64,000 nucleotides of DNA. Source: Gemmatimonadota bacterium. GTDB lineage: Bacteria; Gemmatimonadota; Gemmatimonadetes; Gemmatimonadales; GWC2-71-9. The position numbers and the translations under genes were made by a program. Every line of letters starts with the position of its first letter. The first letter of the stretch is position 1. The notes below the pieces were generated by a model. That model was not told the DNA's origin. It saw nothing but the letters and a program-made list of their open reading frames with translations, and made no database searches. Where the stretch lies: the NCBI GenBank assembly GCA_039588295.1, contig JBDHAB010000004.1:32001-96000 (forward strand), given 5' to 3'. Positions 49,664 through 59,170 of this stretch are shown here, one piece after another.

Positions 49664-51463
49664 CTACGAGGCGTAGAGCGCGTCGATCTTGTCCTGGTAC
49701 TTCTCCTCGATGACGCGCCGTTTGACCTTAAGCGTCGGCGTGAGCTCGCCGCGCTCAATGGTGAAGTCCTCCTCGATGAGCGCGATCTTCTTTGGCATCT
49801 CGAAGCTTGCCAAGTCGCGCAGGCTCCCCATGACCTCGCGCTCGATCTTCGCCGCAACGTCCGGCGTCGCCAGAAGGGTGCTGTTGTCGGTGTAGCTGAT
49901 ACCGCGCTGGCTCGCCCAGGCCTTCATGGCCTCGAGATTGGGGACGACGAGGAGAGACGGGAACTTTCGCTTGTTGCCGATCATGACCACGTTCAAGACG
50001 AATTTGTTCGTCTTGATCATGTTCTCTATGGGCTGCGGCGCGACCTTCTTCCCTCCGGCCGTGACAATGAGATCCTTCTTGCGGTCGGTGATCTTGACGT
50101 AGCCCCGCTGGTCGAGTTCGCCGATGTCGCCGGTATGGAACCAGCCGTCCGGATCGATCGCATCAGCCGTGGCTTCAGGCTTGTTGTGATATCCCTCCAT
50201 GATGTTCGGTCCTCGAGCGAGGATCTCCCCGTCCGGTGCAATCTTGACCTCGACGCCCGGGATCGGCGGACCCACCGTTCCAATCCCCAGTGCGTCCAAT
50301 GGGTTGGCGGCGATGACCGGTGACGTTTCCGTCAGACCGTATCCCTCGACGATTGGGAGTCCGGCGGCGAAGAAGAATTTGGCGATCTCGGGATTGAGGG
50401 GGGCACCGCCCGAGACGAAGAATCGAATGCGGCCACCGGTTCGCGCGCGGAGCTTCGAGAAGACGAGCTTGTCCGCAATCGCCTTCTTCATGGCGAGGGT
50501 GGCCGGAATGGTTTCACCGGCAAGCGTCAAGTCGGCCCAATGCTCTGCGTTGCGCCGAGCCCAGAAGAAGATCCGCCGCTTCAGCGCGCCACCGGCCATC
50601 GCGTTTTCGAGGACCCGTGCGTAGATCTTCTCGAACAGCCGAGGCACCGAGATCACAACCGTCGGCTTGAGTTCACCGAGGTTAGCCGGGACCTTCTCGA
50701 TACTCTCTGCGTAACTGATCGTCGTACCACTGTGGAGCATGGTGTAGTGCCCCGCCATGCGCTCGAAGCTGTGGGACAGCGGTAGTAGCGACAGGCAGGA
50801 GTCGTCGGGCGTGATCGACAGAACCTTGAGCGCGGAGACGACGTTCGAGCAGAAATTGCCGTGTGTGAGCCTGACCCCCTTTGGCACACCGGTGGTGCCC
50901 GACGTGTAGATCAGCGTGGCGAGGGTACCAGGACCGATCTTTAGCGCGTCCTCGCGGTAGGTCGGGTAGTGCGATTCCGCTGCGTTTCCGCGCGCCATGA
51001 GTTCCTGGAAACTCAGCACCCCCTCCCCGGCCATGCCTTCGACCGGCTCAAACACGATCACCCGTTCGAGATGCGGCACGGTGTCCCGAATGGCAGCCAC
51101 CTTCTCGAATTGTGCTTGGTTCTCCACAAAGACCGCGCGTGAACCGGAGTCGGCGAGGATGTAGGCCACCTGCTGCGCGGGGAGCGTCGGATAGACCGGT
51201 ACGTCGGCGGTGCCGATCGACAGGCAGGCATAGTCTGCCACCGCCCATTCTGGTCGGTTCTCCGAGAGGATCGCGATGTGGTCGCCCGCCTGGACGCCTA
51301 GCTCTCGGAGGCCGAGGGCGGTGTGATGGACGCGGCGTGCAAGCTCCTGATGGGTGACGTCCTTCCACGTGTCACCGTCCTTGAAGCGGAGTGCCGCCCG
51401 CTTGGTGCCAAACCGCTCGATCGCGGTGAAGAACAGTTCGTTTAGTGTCTGCGGCGCGTTCAC
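49664..51463 (-). CDS. Long-chain fatty acid--CoA ligase
   Basis: IYTSGTTGVPKG, EGYGLTE, WFHTGDIG, DRKKDLI and LTPTLKVKR; GGAGGG RBS then GTG. Confidence 0.93.
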   Translation of the reverse strand: MNAPQTLNELFFTAIERFGTKRAALRFKDGDTWKDVTHQELARRVHHTALGLRELGVQAGDHIAILSENRPEWAVADYACLSIGTADVPVYPTLPAQQVAYILADSGSRAVFVENQAQFEKVAAIRDTVPHLERVIVFEPVEGMAGEGVLSFQELMARGNAAESHYPTYREDALKIGPGTLATLIYTSGTTGVPKGVRLTHGNFCSNVVSALKVLSITPDDSCLSLLPLSHSFERMAGHYTMLHSGTTISYAESIEKVPANLGELKPTVVISVPRLFEKIYARVLENAMAGGALKRRIFFWARRNAEHWADLTLAGETIPATLAMKKAIADKLVFSKLRARTGGRIRFFVSGGAPLNPEIAKFFFAAGLPIVEGYGLTETSPVIAANPLDALGIGTVGPPIPGVEVKIAPDGEILARGPNIMEGYHNKPEATADAIDPDGWFHTGDIGELDQRGYVKITDRKKDLIVTAGGKKVAPQPIENMIKTNKFVLNVVMIGNKRKFPSLLVVPNLEAMKAWASQRGISYTDNSTLLATPDVAAKIEREVMGSLRDLASFEMPKKIALIEEDFTIERGELTPTLKVKRRVIEEKYQDKIDALYAS

Positions 51464-51519
51464 GGCGTTCCCTCCGGCGCTACGGGTGGCGACCGGGTAC
51501 ACAGAGGCTTGGTCTGCCC

Positions 51520-52263
51520 TCAGTTGTTCTCAAACAAGACCACGAATCGTACAGGCGAGCCCATCACCGTGTCCGCACGAGCGGTGAGGGCGACCGATTC
51601 AATGATCGCACTGTCCGGCTGCGTGACCCCGCTCGTGCGTCGCGCCACGACGGCGGCCTGACCGTTCACGTCCGTCGTGAGCATGACGGCGTGCGGATCG
51701 GGCCCGGGGACCGTATCGGACTGCGTCAGGAAGAACCCGTCTGCTGCCGCGGAGCCCGGTGCGGGATCGACAGTGGCAAAGTGCACCGTAATTCCTGCGA
51801 GCGCGAGCTGCGTGCCCGGTGAGGTCGTGAGATCATACACGACGACGGTGAGCGGCGGTGAGTTCACGACCGCGGTATCGACGGTCACGCGCACCTCTCC
51901 CGTCGCAGCCACGGAATCGGGTGCCGCGAGCACGGTGATCTGGATCGAGCCCGACGCGAGGTTCTCCACCCGAGCCTGTACGCGCCCTGTGCCCGGCGCA
52001 TTCGCCGTCACGAGGCCGGTTACGCTATCGATCGTGAATCCGACCTGACCCGAATCTACGTCGAGCCCGACCCAACGAATGACTGCCTCGGGCACCGTGT
52101 CACCAGCGGCGCTCACCGCACGAGCGCGGAGCTGCAGCGTGTCGCGCTCCTCGACGGTCCGGCTGGTCGGCCCGACAACCTCGATGGCCACAACACGATC
52201 GAAGTCTCCGGTGATCTCACTGCACGCGAACGTGCAGACCACCATCAGAATCCAGCGCCTCAG
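51520..52263 (-). CDS. Ig-like domain lipoprotein
   Basis: TFAC lipobox; TIDSVTGLVTA..PGT Big-type motif; start is CTG 52263 (gives MRRWILMVV...) or ATG 52245. Confidence 0.7.
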   Translation of the reverse strand: MRRWILMVVCTFACSEITGDFDRVVAIEVVGPTSRTVEERDTLQLRARAVSAAGDTVPEAVIRWVGLDVDSGQVGFTIDSVTGLVTANAPGTGRVQARVENLASGSIQITVLAAPDSVAATGEVRVTVDTAVVNSPPLTVVVYDLTTSPGTQLALAGITVHFATVDPAPGSAAADGFFLTQSDTVPGPDPHAVMLTTDVNGQAAVVARRTSGVTQPDSAIIESVALTARADTVMGSPVRFVVLFENN

Positions 52264-52694
52264 GAGCCCCCCGTCTCGTCCAGCTCCGACAACGCCCGCT
52301 GTGCGTGCTCAATCCACTTCTCGGCTTCCGGACCGCGGGGCGGCCGGCGAAGGAAGGTGTGGAGGTGGTTGGTGGCCGCATCGATTTCGCCACGGCGAAT
52401 CAAGAGGAAGGCGAGTCCATAGTGCGCGCCGGCCAGATCGGGGTCGATCTCGAGGGCGCGACGGTAGTGCCGGATAGCGTCCTCGTAGCGGTTGGTCTTG
52501 GTGAAGGCGATGGCGATGTTCTGGAGGACTCGTGGGTCGGCGGGGTGATCCCGGAGCGCCAACCGGTAGGAGGTCAGCGCTGCGTCGAAATCACCCTGCC
52601 GCTCGAGGGCGAGCGCCTCGTTCAGGTAGTCCAACCGCTGCGGCCTGACGGCAGCGTTCGGTCGGCGGCCAAAGAGACGGTTCCAGAACCCCAT
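52260..52694 (-). CDS. Tetratricopeptide repeat protein
   Basis: MGFWNRLFG start; TPR patterns (AIRHYRRALEIDP, AHYGLA). Confidence 0.85.
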   Translation of the reverse strand: MGFWNRLFGRRPNAAVRPQRLDYLNEALALERQGDFDAALTSYRLALRDHPADPRVLQNIAIAFTKTNRYEDAIRHYRRALEIDPDLAGAHYGLAFLLIRRGEIDAATNHLHTFLRRPPRGPEAEKWIEHAQRALSELDETGGS

Positions 52695-52832
52695 TCGAGC
52701 GTGAAGATAACCTGGCGAGCGCGTGACGCCTAGACGGGGGATGATGGCGCGGTGGTGAGGCAATCGAAGCCACATGCGATGCATCCCGAGTGGCGCCATT
52801 GTCACCGCCGTGACCCTGCGGTAGTATGCCAG

Positions 52833-53369
52833 ATGATGCGTGATCCGCTACTGAACCGCGACTCCCGAGAAGTCCTCGAGGTCGACTGGACACTGTTCGG
52901 CGAACTCTGCCGAGGGCTGGCGCTGCGCATCGCGCAGGATTATGAGCCCGACCTGGTCATCGGCATCGCGAAAGCGGGTGTCCTGCCTGGCGCCGTGGTC
53001 GCCTCGATCTTGGGGTGCGATTTCGCCGCAATGACAATCACCCGCCGCCAGATGGCCCGCCGTCCAACCCTCGTATCGGGTCCGCCGTCATCGGTGACGG
53101 GTCAACGAGTGCTGCTTGTCGACGAGACCTGTGATTCCGGCGACACCCTCAAGGTCGCCCTAGCGGCCGTGCGGCGGCTTGCACCGGCGGAAGTGCAGAC
53201 TGCGGTGTCGATCAAGACGGGCGCGTACGTGCCGCACTATCACGCGCTCGCGACCGAGAACTACATCATCCTTCCGTGGGATCGTGAGATCATTCTGGAT
53301 GGAGAACTCACCCTGCGCCCGGAGTATGCGGAAAAGCTCGACGCCCTCGACCCGGAGCGCGGGCTCTAG
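52833..53369 (+). CDS. Type I phosphoribosyltransferase (purine-salvage-like)
   Basis: IGIAKAGVLPG, VLLVDETCDSGDTL PRPP loop, ILPW. Confidence 0.85.
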   Translation: MMRDPLLNRDSREVLEVDWTLFGELCRGLALRIAQDYEPDLVIGIAKAGVLPGAVVASILGCDFAAMTITRRQMARRPTLVSGPPSSVTGQRVLLVDETCDSGDTLKVALAAVRRLAPAEVQTAVSIKTGAYVPHYHALATENYIILPWDREIILDGELTLRPEYAEKLDALDPERGL

Positions 53370-53387
53370 GGTCCTGGCGCTCTTCGG

Positions 53388-53942
53388 CTACGCGCCGACC
53401 ACGACCGCGTAGTCCTGCCCTTCGCTGATCGCGTCGTACACCGCCGAGAGTGTCTCGGGTGAGCCGGCGAGAAACCGGCACCGGTCATCTCCTTGACCAC
53501 GACACTCCATTTCCATCACCGCGAGTGGGCTCCCCTCGGCCAGCGTGGTGAGGAAGCTGGCCAGAAAGCCCGTGGAGAAGAAGCACGATGGACCGTCGGA
53601 TGGTGCATCGGTGTCGGCTTCAGCCCAGTTCTCCGAGGAAAGGGCGAATGCCCGGTCGCCAACGCGCTCGGTAACCACCGTGCCCCAGCCCAACTCCTGG
53701 AGAAACGTGGACAGGACCTCAGTCAACGCATCTGCGTCGAGGTCGCCAGGATGGGGAACGGCCGCAAACGTCGGAAGCCACTCAGCGAAGGCACGGAACA
53801 CTTCCTCTCCCGCGGCATAGCCCATCTCCTGCAGACGCGTCGCTCCCGCATCCTCGCCGAGGTCTTCGAGCAGTGCAGTGCGCATGGCGCGAAGCGCTGC
53901 GGCGCCGATGCCGATCACACCTTGTCGGTATGCGTGGGTCAT
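53388..53942 (-). CDS. Stand-alone V4R domain protein
   Basis: GYAAG, LGWG, SCFF..GFL and EMECRGQGDDRCRF motifs. Confidence 0.8.
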   Translation of the reverse strand: MTHAYRQGVIGIGAAALRAMRTALLEDLGEDAGATRLQEMGYAAGEEVFRAFAEWLPTFAAVPHPGDLDADALTEVLSTFLQELGWGTVVTERVGDRAFALSSENWAEADTDAPSDGPSCFFSTGFLASFLTTLAEGSPLAVMEMECRGQGDDRCRFLAGSPETLSAVYDAISEGQDYAVVVGA

Positions 53943-54136
53943 GGTCGGAAGCGGTTTGGGATGAGGCAACTTAGGATACCTGCACGATCGTACGCAAGAG
54001 CCGCATGACGCTCGATCGGTCGTGCCGGCGCATGGAACATCGACTTCGCCCGGTGCGGCCCCCTCGACGGCCCTGGGAGCGCGGGGTAAAATGCAGCGTA
54101 CCCTCGTATTGGAGGACGTTCGTGCGTCGACTCGCC

Positions 54137-55492
54137 ATGCTGGGTCTGCTGCTTGCCACGCCGCTGATGGCGCAGACCGTTCCGAAAGACGCTCCACCAG
54201 TCGCCGCGCTTCCCGGCGCGGGTCGTGCGATCGAGTTGGAGGTGTACCGCGCGCGCCGAACGCGGCTCATCGAGCGGGTTGGCCACGGGGTGATCGTCGT
54301 TGCAGCGGCGAGCCGCCGCAATCTCGAAGCACTCGTCCTTCAGGACAACGATTTCAGACAGGACGACTACTTCATGTATCTGACGGGGCTCGAGTCCCCG
54401 GATGCCTGGCTGCTATTGACTGCAGGCCCCGGCGGGGTGACCGAGATGTTGTTCCTGCCTCCCACCAGCCCAGTGCGTGCGCGCTGGACCGGGGTGCAGC
54501 TCGGTCCGGGGGAGACGGCGGTCCGATTGACCGGTATCGCGCGCGTCGCGGTCATGACGCCCGAAGCCCTCGAAGACGCGGTAGCTGAGGCCGTGTCGAG
54601 TGGAGGCGGACCGCTCTACACTGTGGTCACCCGTGGGGGCGAGGTGCATCCGCTCCTCGAGCGGTGGCGCTCCGAGTCCGACCGGCTGCAGAACGTCCGG
54701 CCGACCCTGGATAGCATGCGGGTCATCAAGGATGAGCACGGTCTCGCGGCGCTGCGCCGCGCCATCGCGATCACCGGTGAGGGCATCCGAGCGGGCATGC
54801 GGGTGGTGCGGCCCGGAATGTTCGAGTACCAGCTCGAGGCCGTCATCGAATACAGGTTCCGCAGCTTCGGAGCCGACCGCATGGGCTTCCCATCCATTGT
54901 CGGCAGCGGTCCCAACAACACGGTACTGCACTACGACGTCAATCGTCGAGAGATGCGCGATGGCGACCTCGTGGTGGTGGATGTCGGTGCAGAGTACGCG
55001 CACTACACCGCAGACATCACCCGCACCTTCCCCGTCGGCGGAACGTTCACCGACAGGCAGAAAGCCGTGTACGATCTGGTGCTGGGAGCGCAGGGCGCCG
55101 TCATTCAGGCCATCAGGCCAGGTATCACCCTTGGCGACTTGAACCGCGTCGCGAGGAACTACCTCGCTGAGCATGGGGACGAACTCTGCGGTGCCGATGA
55201 CTGCAGCCGCTATCTCATGCACGGAGTGAGCCACTGGCTCGGCATGCGGGTACACGACGTTGGCGCCGGACGCATGCCCCTGCAGCCGGGCATGGTGTTG
55301 ACGGTGGAGCCGGGTGTGTACCTTGAGAAGGAGTCTCTTGGCATCCGCATCGAGGATGATGTCCTGGTGACGGAGCACGGTGCCGAGGTCCTCTCGGCTG
55401 CGGTGCCGAAGACGACAGAGGCAATTGAGGCGTTGATGCAGGCGCGCAGCGCAGAACCCGGGAACGTGGGGGTGCCCGATGGCGCGAGATAA
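54137..55492 (+). CDS. pepP: Xaa-Pro aminopeptidase (M24B) with apparent signal peptide
   Basis: FRQDDYFMYLTG, LHY, DVGAE..YTADITRT, HGVSHWLG..VHD, TVEPG and RIEDD; start uncertain. Confidence 0.9.
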   Translation: MLGLLLATPLMAQTVPKDAPPVAALPGAGRAIELEVYRARRTRLIERVGHGVIVVAAASRRNLEALVLQDNDFRQDDYFMYLTGLESPDAWLLLTAGPGGVTEMLFLPPTSPVRARWTGVQLGPGETAVRLTGIARVAVMTPEALEDAVAEAVSSGGGPLYTVVTRGGEVHPLLERWRSESDRLQNVRPTLDSMRVIKDEHGLAALRRAIAITGEGIRAGMRVVRPGMFEYQLEAVIEYRFRSFGADRMGFPSIVGSGPNNTVLHYDVNRREMRDGDLVVVDVGAEYAHYTADITRTFPVGGTFTDRQKAVYDLVLGAQGAVIQAIRPGITLGDLNRVARNYLAEHGDELCGADDCSRYLMHGVSHWLGMRVHDVGAGRMPLQPGMVLTVEPGVYLEKESLGIRIEDDVLVTEHGAEVLSAAVPKTTEAIEALMQARSAEPGNVGVPDGAR

Positions 55493-55808
55493 AGAGCTCG
55501 ATCTGGTCGAGGATGACGAGGACTTCTCCGACGAAGAGGAACTCGAGGCATTGGTCGAAGCGGAGGGTGCAAGTGGGCTTATCGGCTTCATCGGTGGGTT
55601 GCTGCTCGGCACGCTGATCGGCGCTGGCGTCGCACTGCTGGTGGCGCCGGAACGTGGGGACGTGACGCGCCGGCGGATCCGCACGAAGGTCCGCGATGTG
55701 ACGGGCGACGCCCGTGAGCAGTTCGAGGACCTCCGCGATGGTGCGGAGCGAGAGCTCCGCCGCCGCCGCCGCAAGATCCGGCGACGCCTGAATCGCGGCG
55801 CTTCCTAG
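55479..55808 (+). CDS. YtxH-domain protein
   Basis: GFIGGLLLGTLIGAGVALLVAP..G..TRRRI motif. Confidence 0.85.
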   Translation: MARDKELDLVEDDEDFSDEEELEALVEAEGASGLIGFIGGLLLGTLIGAGVALLVAPERGDVTRRRIRTKVRDVTGDAREQFEDLRDGAERELRRRRRKIRRRLNRGAS

Positions 55809-55821
55809 GACTAGACGGCGA

Positions 55822-56613
55822 TCAGGTTTGCTCGCGGATCTCCGCGACGAGCCGGCGGGCTTCGGCCTGATGCTCGGGATCGGAGACGTCGCTCGTCGGG
55901 GGGAGTTCGAGCACTGCCTCGAGCTCCCGGCGTGCTTCGGCGTAGCGCGCGAGATCGAGGTAGACCTGCGCGAGTTCGAGATGATGATAGAGATAGTCCG
56001 GTTTGAGCTGGACTGCGCGCTCCAGGTGCACGACTGACGAATCCCAACTTGCGATGCCCAGGAACCCGCCGCCGAGGAACGTCTTAGCGAAGAACTTCGC
56101 CAGACCGGATAGCCGCATCACCTCGGCGTGCCACGCCCCCAGCACGTGAGCGGCCCCGTCGTGCTCGGGGTCGAGTTCGATTGCCCGCGCGGCTCCCTCG
56201 TAGATCTGCTTGGCGAAGCGGACGCGTTCTTTGCCGCCCTTGGTGCGCGAGAGCCGACCAAGGGCCTGGGCGAACATGAAGTGGCCGTCGACGCCCAGCG
56301 AGTCGGCCCGGACGGCCGCCGCGGCGTAGAGGTGTGCGACCCCGTAGAGGCTGTCACGTAGCTTCCGCTGGTCGTCGCCAAGCTGCTTGGCAACGTCGAT
56401 CTGCGCTCGGGCGAACTGCCACATTGCGTCGTAGCTCTGGTTCGCGAGGTAGGCGGCGCGGAACGCTTCGAGTGCCTCGGCGGGCCGGAGGGCGTCCGTG
56501 AGACTGTCTCCCCGCGCCATGTGCTGCTCGTATGTCAATGACGATTGGGCCAGCAGCATCGGTGCCGAGACGACGCTCAGCGCTAACAACCCGAGGGCAC
56601 GAAGACCGCGCAT
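55822..56613 (-). CDS. Secreted TPR/helical-repeat protein
   Basis: Signal peptide; RAIELDP and HLERAVQLKP repeats. Confidence 0.75.
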   Translation of the reverse strand: MRGLRALGLLALSVVSAPMLLAQSSLTYEQHMARGDSLTDALRPAEALEAFRAAYLANQSYDAMWQFARAQIDVAKQLGDDQRKLRDSLYGVAHLYAAAAVRADSLGVDGHFMFAQALGRLSRTKGGKERVRFAKQIYEGAARAIELDPEHDGAAHVLGAWHAEVMRLSGLAKFFAKTFLGGGFLGIASWDSSVVHLERAVQLKPDYLYHHLELAQVYLDLARYAEARRELEAVLELPPTSDVSDPEHQAEARRLVAEIREQT

Positions 56614-56664
56614 GAAACAACTCCGGAATCGGGGGCGCAACGGGAAACGCAAAGTGGGCTGCTA

Positions 56665-57996
56665 ATGATTGTAATACCCTTGATCGAGCGCAAGCGCGAC
56701 GGCAAGCGCCTTACCGAAACCGAGTGGCACGAACTCGTTGCGGCGTACGCGCGTGGAGCAGTGCCGGACTACCAGATGGCGGCGCTCATGATGGCCGTGC
56801 GCCTGAACGGTCTCGAGCCGGCAGAGCTCACGGCGCTCACGGACGCGATGTGCGAGTCCGGCACCCAGCTCCGGTTCGGACCGGACGTGCCACCACGGGT
56901 GGATAAGCACTCGACGGGAGGTGTGGGAGACAAGGTCTCCATCGTGCTGGCCCCACTCATGGCGGCGGCAGGCGTGGCGGTGCCGATGGTGTCCGGCCGC
57001 GGACTCGCTCACACCGGCGGGACCCTGGACAAGCTGCAGTCGATCCGTGGCTTCCGGGTGGATCTCTCCCTCGAGGAAGCCGTCGCACAGGTCGGACGCA
57101 TCGGAGCCGCGTTGATCGGTCAGACCGCCGAGATCGCCCCGGCCGATCGGAAGCTGTACGCGTTGCGGGACGCGACGGCGACGGTCGATGCGATTGCGCT
57201 CATGGCGGCGAGCATCATGTCCAAGAAGTTGGCCGAAGGGTTGAACGGCCTCGTGCTCGACATCAAGCGCGGCAGTGGAGCGTTCCTCCCCGACCTCGAT
57301 GATGGATTGGAGCTGGCCCGGATCATGGTCCGACTCGGGGCGGATCGCGGATGCCTGACCGTGGCGCTGCTGACCGCCATGGACCGGCCGCTGGGACACG
57401 CATGTGGCAATGCGATCGAAGTTGCAGAGTCGATTGCGGCGCTCCGAAACGAGGGCCCCGCCGATCTCTTAGAGGTCGTCTACCGGCTGGGCGTGGAAAT
57501 GCTCCACGTGGTCGGAATCGAGCCCGACCGTCAACGCGCTCGGGCGACGCTCGAGGCAACGATGGCGACCGGCCGGGCGCTGAACAAGTTCCGCGAGATT
57601 GTCGCCGCCCAGGGCGGTGATCCGCGCGTCGTAGACGATGTGAGTCTCCTCCCGAGGGCCCCGGTGGTGAAGGACTATGCGGCGACAAGATCCGGCTATG
57701 TCGCGGGCGTCGAGCCGCGCAGGCTGGGCCAAGCGATCGTCACCATGGGTGGCGGACGTCAACGCATGGAGGACGCGGTGGATCCGGCAGTCGGGTTGGT
57801 CGTGCACCGCAAACCGGGCGACCGCGTCGAGCGGGGTGAGCCCGTCGTCACGATCCACGCGCGCGATGCCGACGGACTCGCCGAGGGTCAGCGGGCGCTC
57901 GGCGAGGCGGTACAGATCGTCCCGGAAATGCCCGACTCGGCGCTGCCGCTGATCTCACACCGCGTGACGGTGGACGGCGTTGAAGAGCTCGCGTAG
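56665..57996 (+). CDS. pdp: Pyrimidine-nucleoside/thymidine phosphorylase
   Basis: IERKRDG, DKHSTGGVGDK, SGRGLAHTGGTLDKL, YALRD and SIMSKK. Confidence 0.93.
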   Translation: MIVIPLIERKRDGKRLTETEWHELVAAYARGAVPDYQMAALMMAVRLNGLEPAELTALTDAMCESGTQLRFGPDVPPRVDKHSTGGVGDKVSIVLAPLMAAAGVAVPMVSGRGLAHTGGTLDKLQSIRGFRVDLSLEEAVAQVGRIGAALIGQTAEIAPADRKLYALRDATATVDAIALMAASIMSKKLAEGLNGLVLDIKRGSGAFLPDLDDGLELARIMVRLGADRGCLTVALLTAMDRPLGHACGNAIEVAESIAALRNEGPADLLEVVYRLGVEMLHVVGIEPDRQRARATLEATMATGRALNKFREIVAAQGGDPRVVDDVSLLPRAPVVKDYAATRSGYVAGVEPRRLGQAIVTMGGGRQRMEDAVDPAVGLVVHRKPGDRVERGEPVVTIHARDADGLAEGQRALGEAVQIVPEMPDSALPLISHRVTVDGVEELA

Positions 57997-58067
57997 CCCG
58001 AGTCTCGATTTCGGCCGATGCTGACCGCTGGTGCCCGCGAGACGGTCGACCGGTGCCGGACTTGGCG

Positions 58068-58301
58068 TTACGGCCTTGGCGCGCCGGGGCCCCAGTCCGG
58101 CAGCTCGTCTTCCGCTTCTTCCGGTGTGGTGAAGGCGTCGAGGTCACGGACCTCGTTTTCGGCTTGCTCGAGCGTGTCCCGGTCGATCTCGTCGTCCGCT
58201 CCGAGGGCGTCCTCAGGACCGCTGGCGGCGGGCCGTGCGAGCAGCCAAGCCAAGGCGGCGAGCAGAACGAGAATGACGACACCGAGCGCAACGGATGACA
58301 T
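58068..58301 (-). CDS. Small protein with N-terminal TM helix and acidic tail
   Basis: GGAG RBS; co-oriented 3 nt after the arsC stop. Confidence 0.65.
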   Translation of the reverse strand: MSSVALGVVILVLLAALAWLLARPAASGPEDALGADDEIDRDTLEQAENEVRDLDAFTTPEEAEDELPDWGPGAPRP

Positions 58302-58304
58302 CGG

Positions 58305-58715
58305 TCAACTCTCCTGCTCCTGCCAGAACGCGTCGATGCGTTGCTTGATCAAGTCCCGGACCATACGGAAGGATGCGCGTTGTGCCTCGTCGGTGGGTGC
58401 TGGGGCAGCCGGATCCGGCATTGGCCAGGCGAGGCGACGACCCTGGGTGCGGGCCACAGGACACTCCTCCTCCGCGCACAGCGTGACGACCACGTCGGCA
58501 TCGGCGAGGGGCACTGCGCTCAGTCCCTTGGATCGGTGCGCGCCGATGTCGATTCCGATCTCGCCCATCACCTCTCGTGCCAGGGGGTGTACGACACTGG
58601 GTTGGGAGCCGGCGCTGTGCACTTGCCAGTGTGGCGGTGCGCTCGATCGGGCGAGTCCCTCCGCCATCTGACTCCGAGCGGAGTTCGCGACACACAAGAA
58701 GACGATCTGGGGCAA
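58305..58715 (-). CDS. arsC: Arsenate reductase ArsC / LMW-PTP family
   Basis: CVANSARSQMAEG P-loop, SAGS, TLC..EECP and W..PDP; TTG start. Confidence 0.85.
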   Translation of the reverse strand: MPQIVFLCVANSARSQMAEGLARSSAPPHWQVHSAGSQPSVVHPLAREVMGEIGIDIGAHRSKGLSAVPLADADVVVTLCAEEECPVARTQGRRLAWPMPDPAAPAPTDEAQRASFRMVRDLIKQRIDAFWQEQES

Positions 58716-58721
58716 ACGGAA

Positions 58722-59111
58722 CTAGGCGGAGGATCCCAGTTCGTCGAGAATGTCCGGGGCCCGAACCAGAACGAGAATCGCTGCCTGCGGCACGACGAGG
58801 TAGCGTTGTCCCTCGAAGGTGATCTCGACGGCCGCCTTGCGGAAGAACAGCGCGAAGTCGCCGACCCGGGCCTGTGTGGGTACGAACCGGGGCTCGGCGC
58901 CTTCCACCTTCCACGGCTCGTCGCTGAGCTCGGTCGGTGCCGAGAGGGGTGTTCCCGGACCCGTGGCAACGATGCGGCCGCTCTGCACTGCTTGATGGTC
59001 GACGGCCGTCGGTGGCAGGTACAGCCCCACGTTGGTGCGCTCCTCCCCCTCCTGCGGCACCACGAGGACCCGGTCGCCCACCACGACGAGCTTCTTCACA
59101 GGATCGGCCAT
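58722..59111 (-). CDS. Co-chaperonin GroES family protein
   Basis: GDRVLV, GLYLP, GRIVATGPG and VGD motifs, with an insertion relative to canonical GroES. Confidence 0.85.
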   Translation of the reverse strand: MADPVKKLVVVGDRVLVVPQEGEERTNVGLYLPPTAVDHQAVQSGRIVATGPGTPLSAPTELSDEPWKVEGAEPRFVPTQARVGDFALFFRKAAVEITFEGQRYLVVPQAAILVLVRAPDILDELGSSA

Positions 59112-59170
59112 GCTTCAAATGAAACGGTGGCAGACGGCAGGCGCCAGGGGAGAGGGCCGGCGACCCCCGC

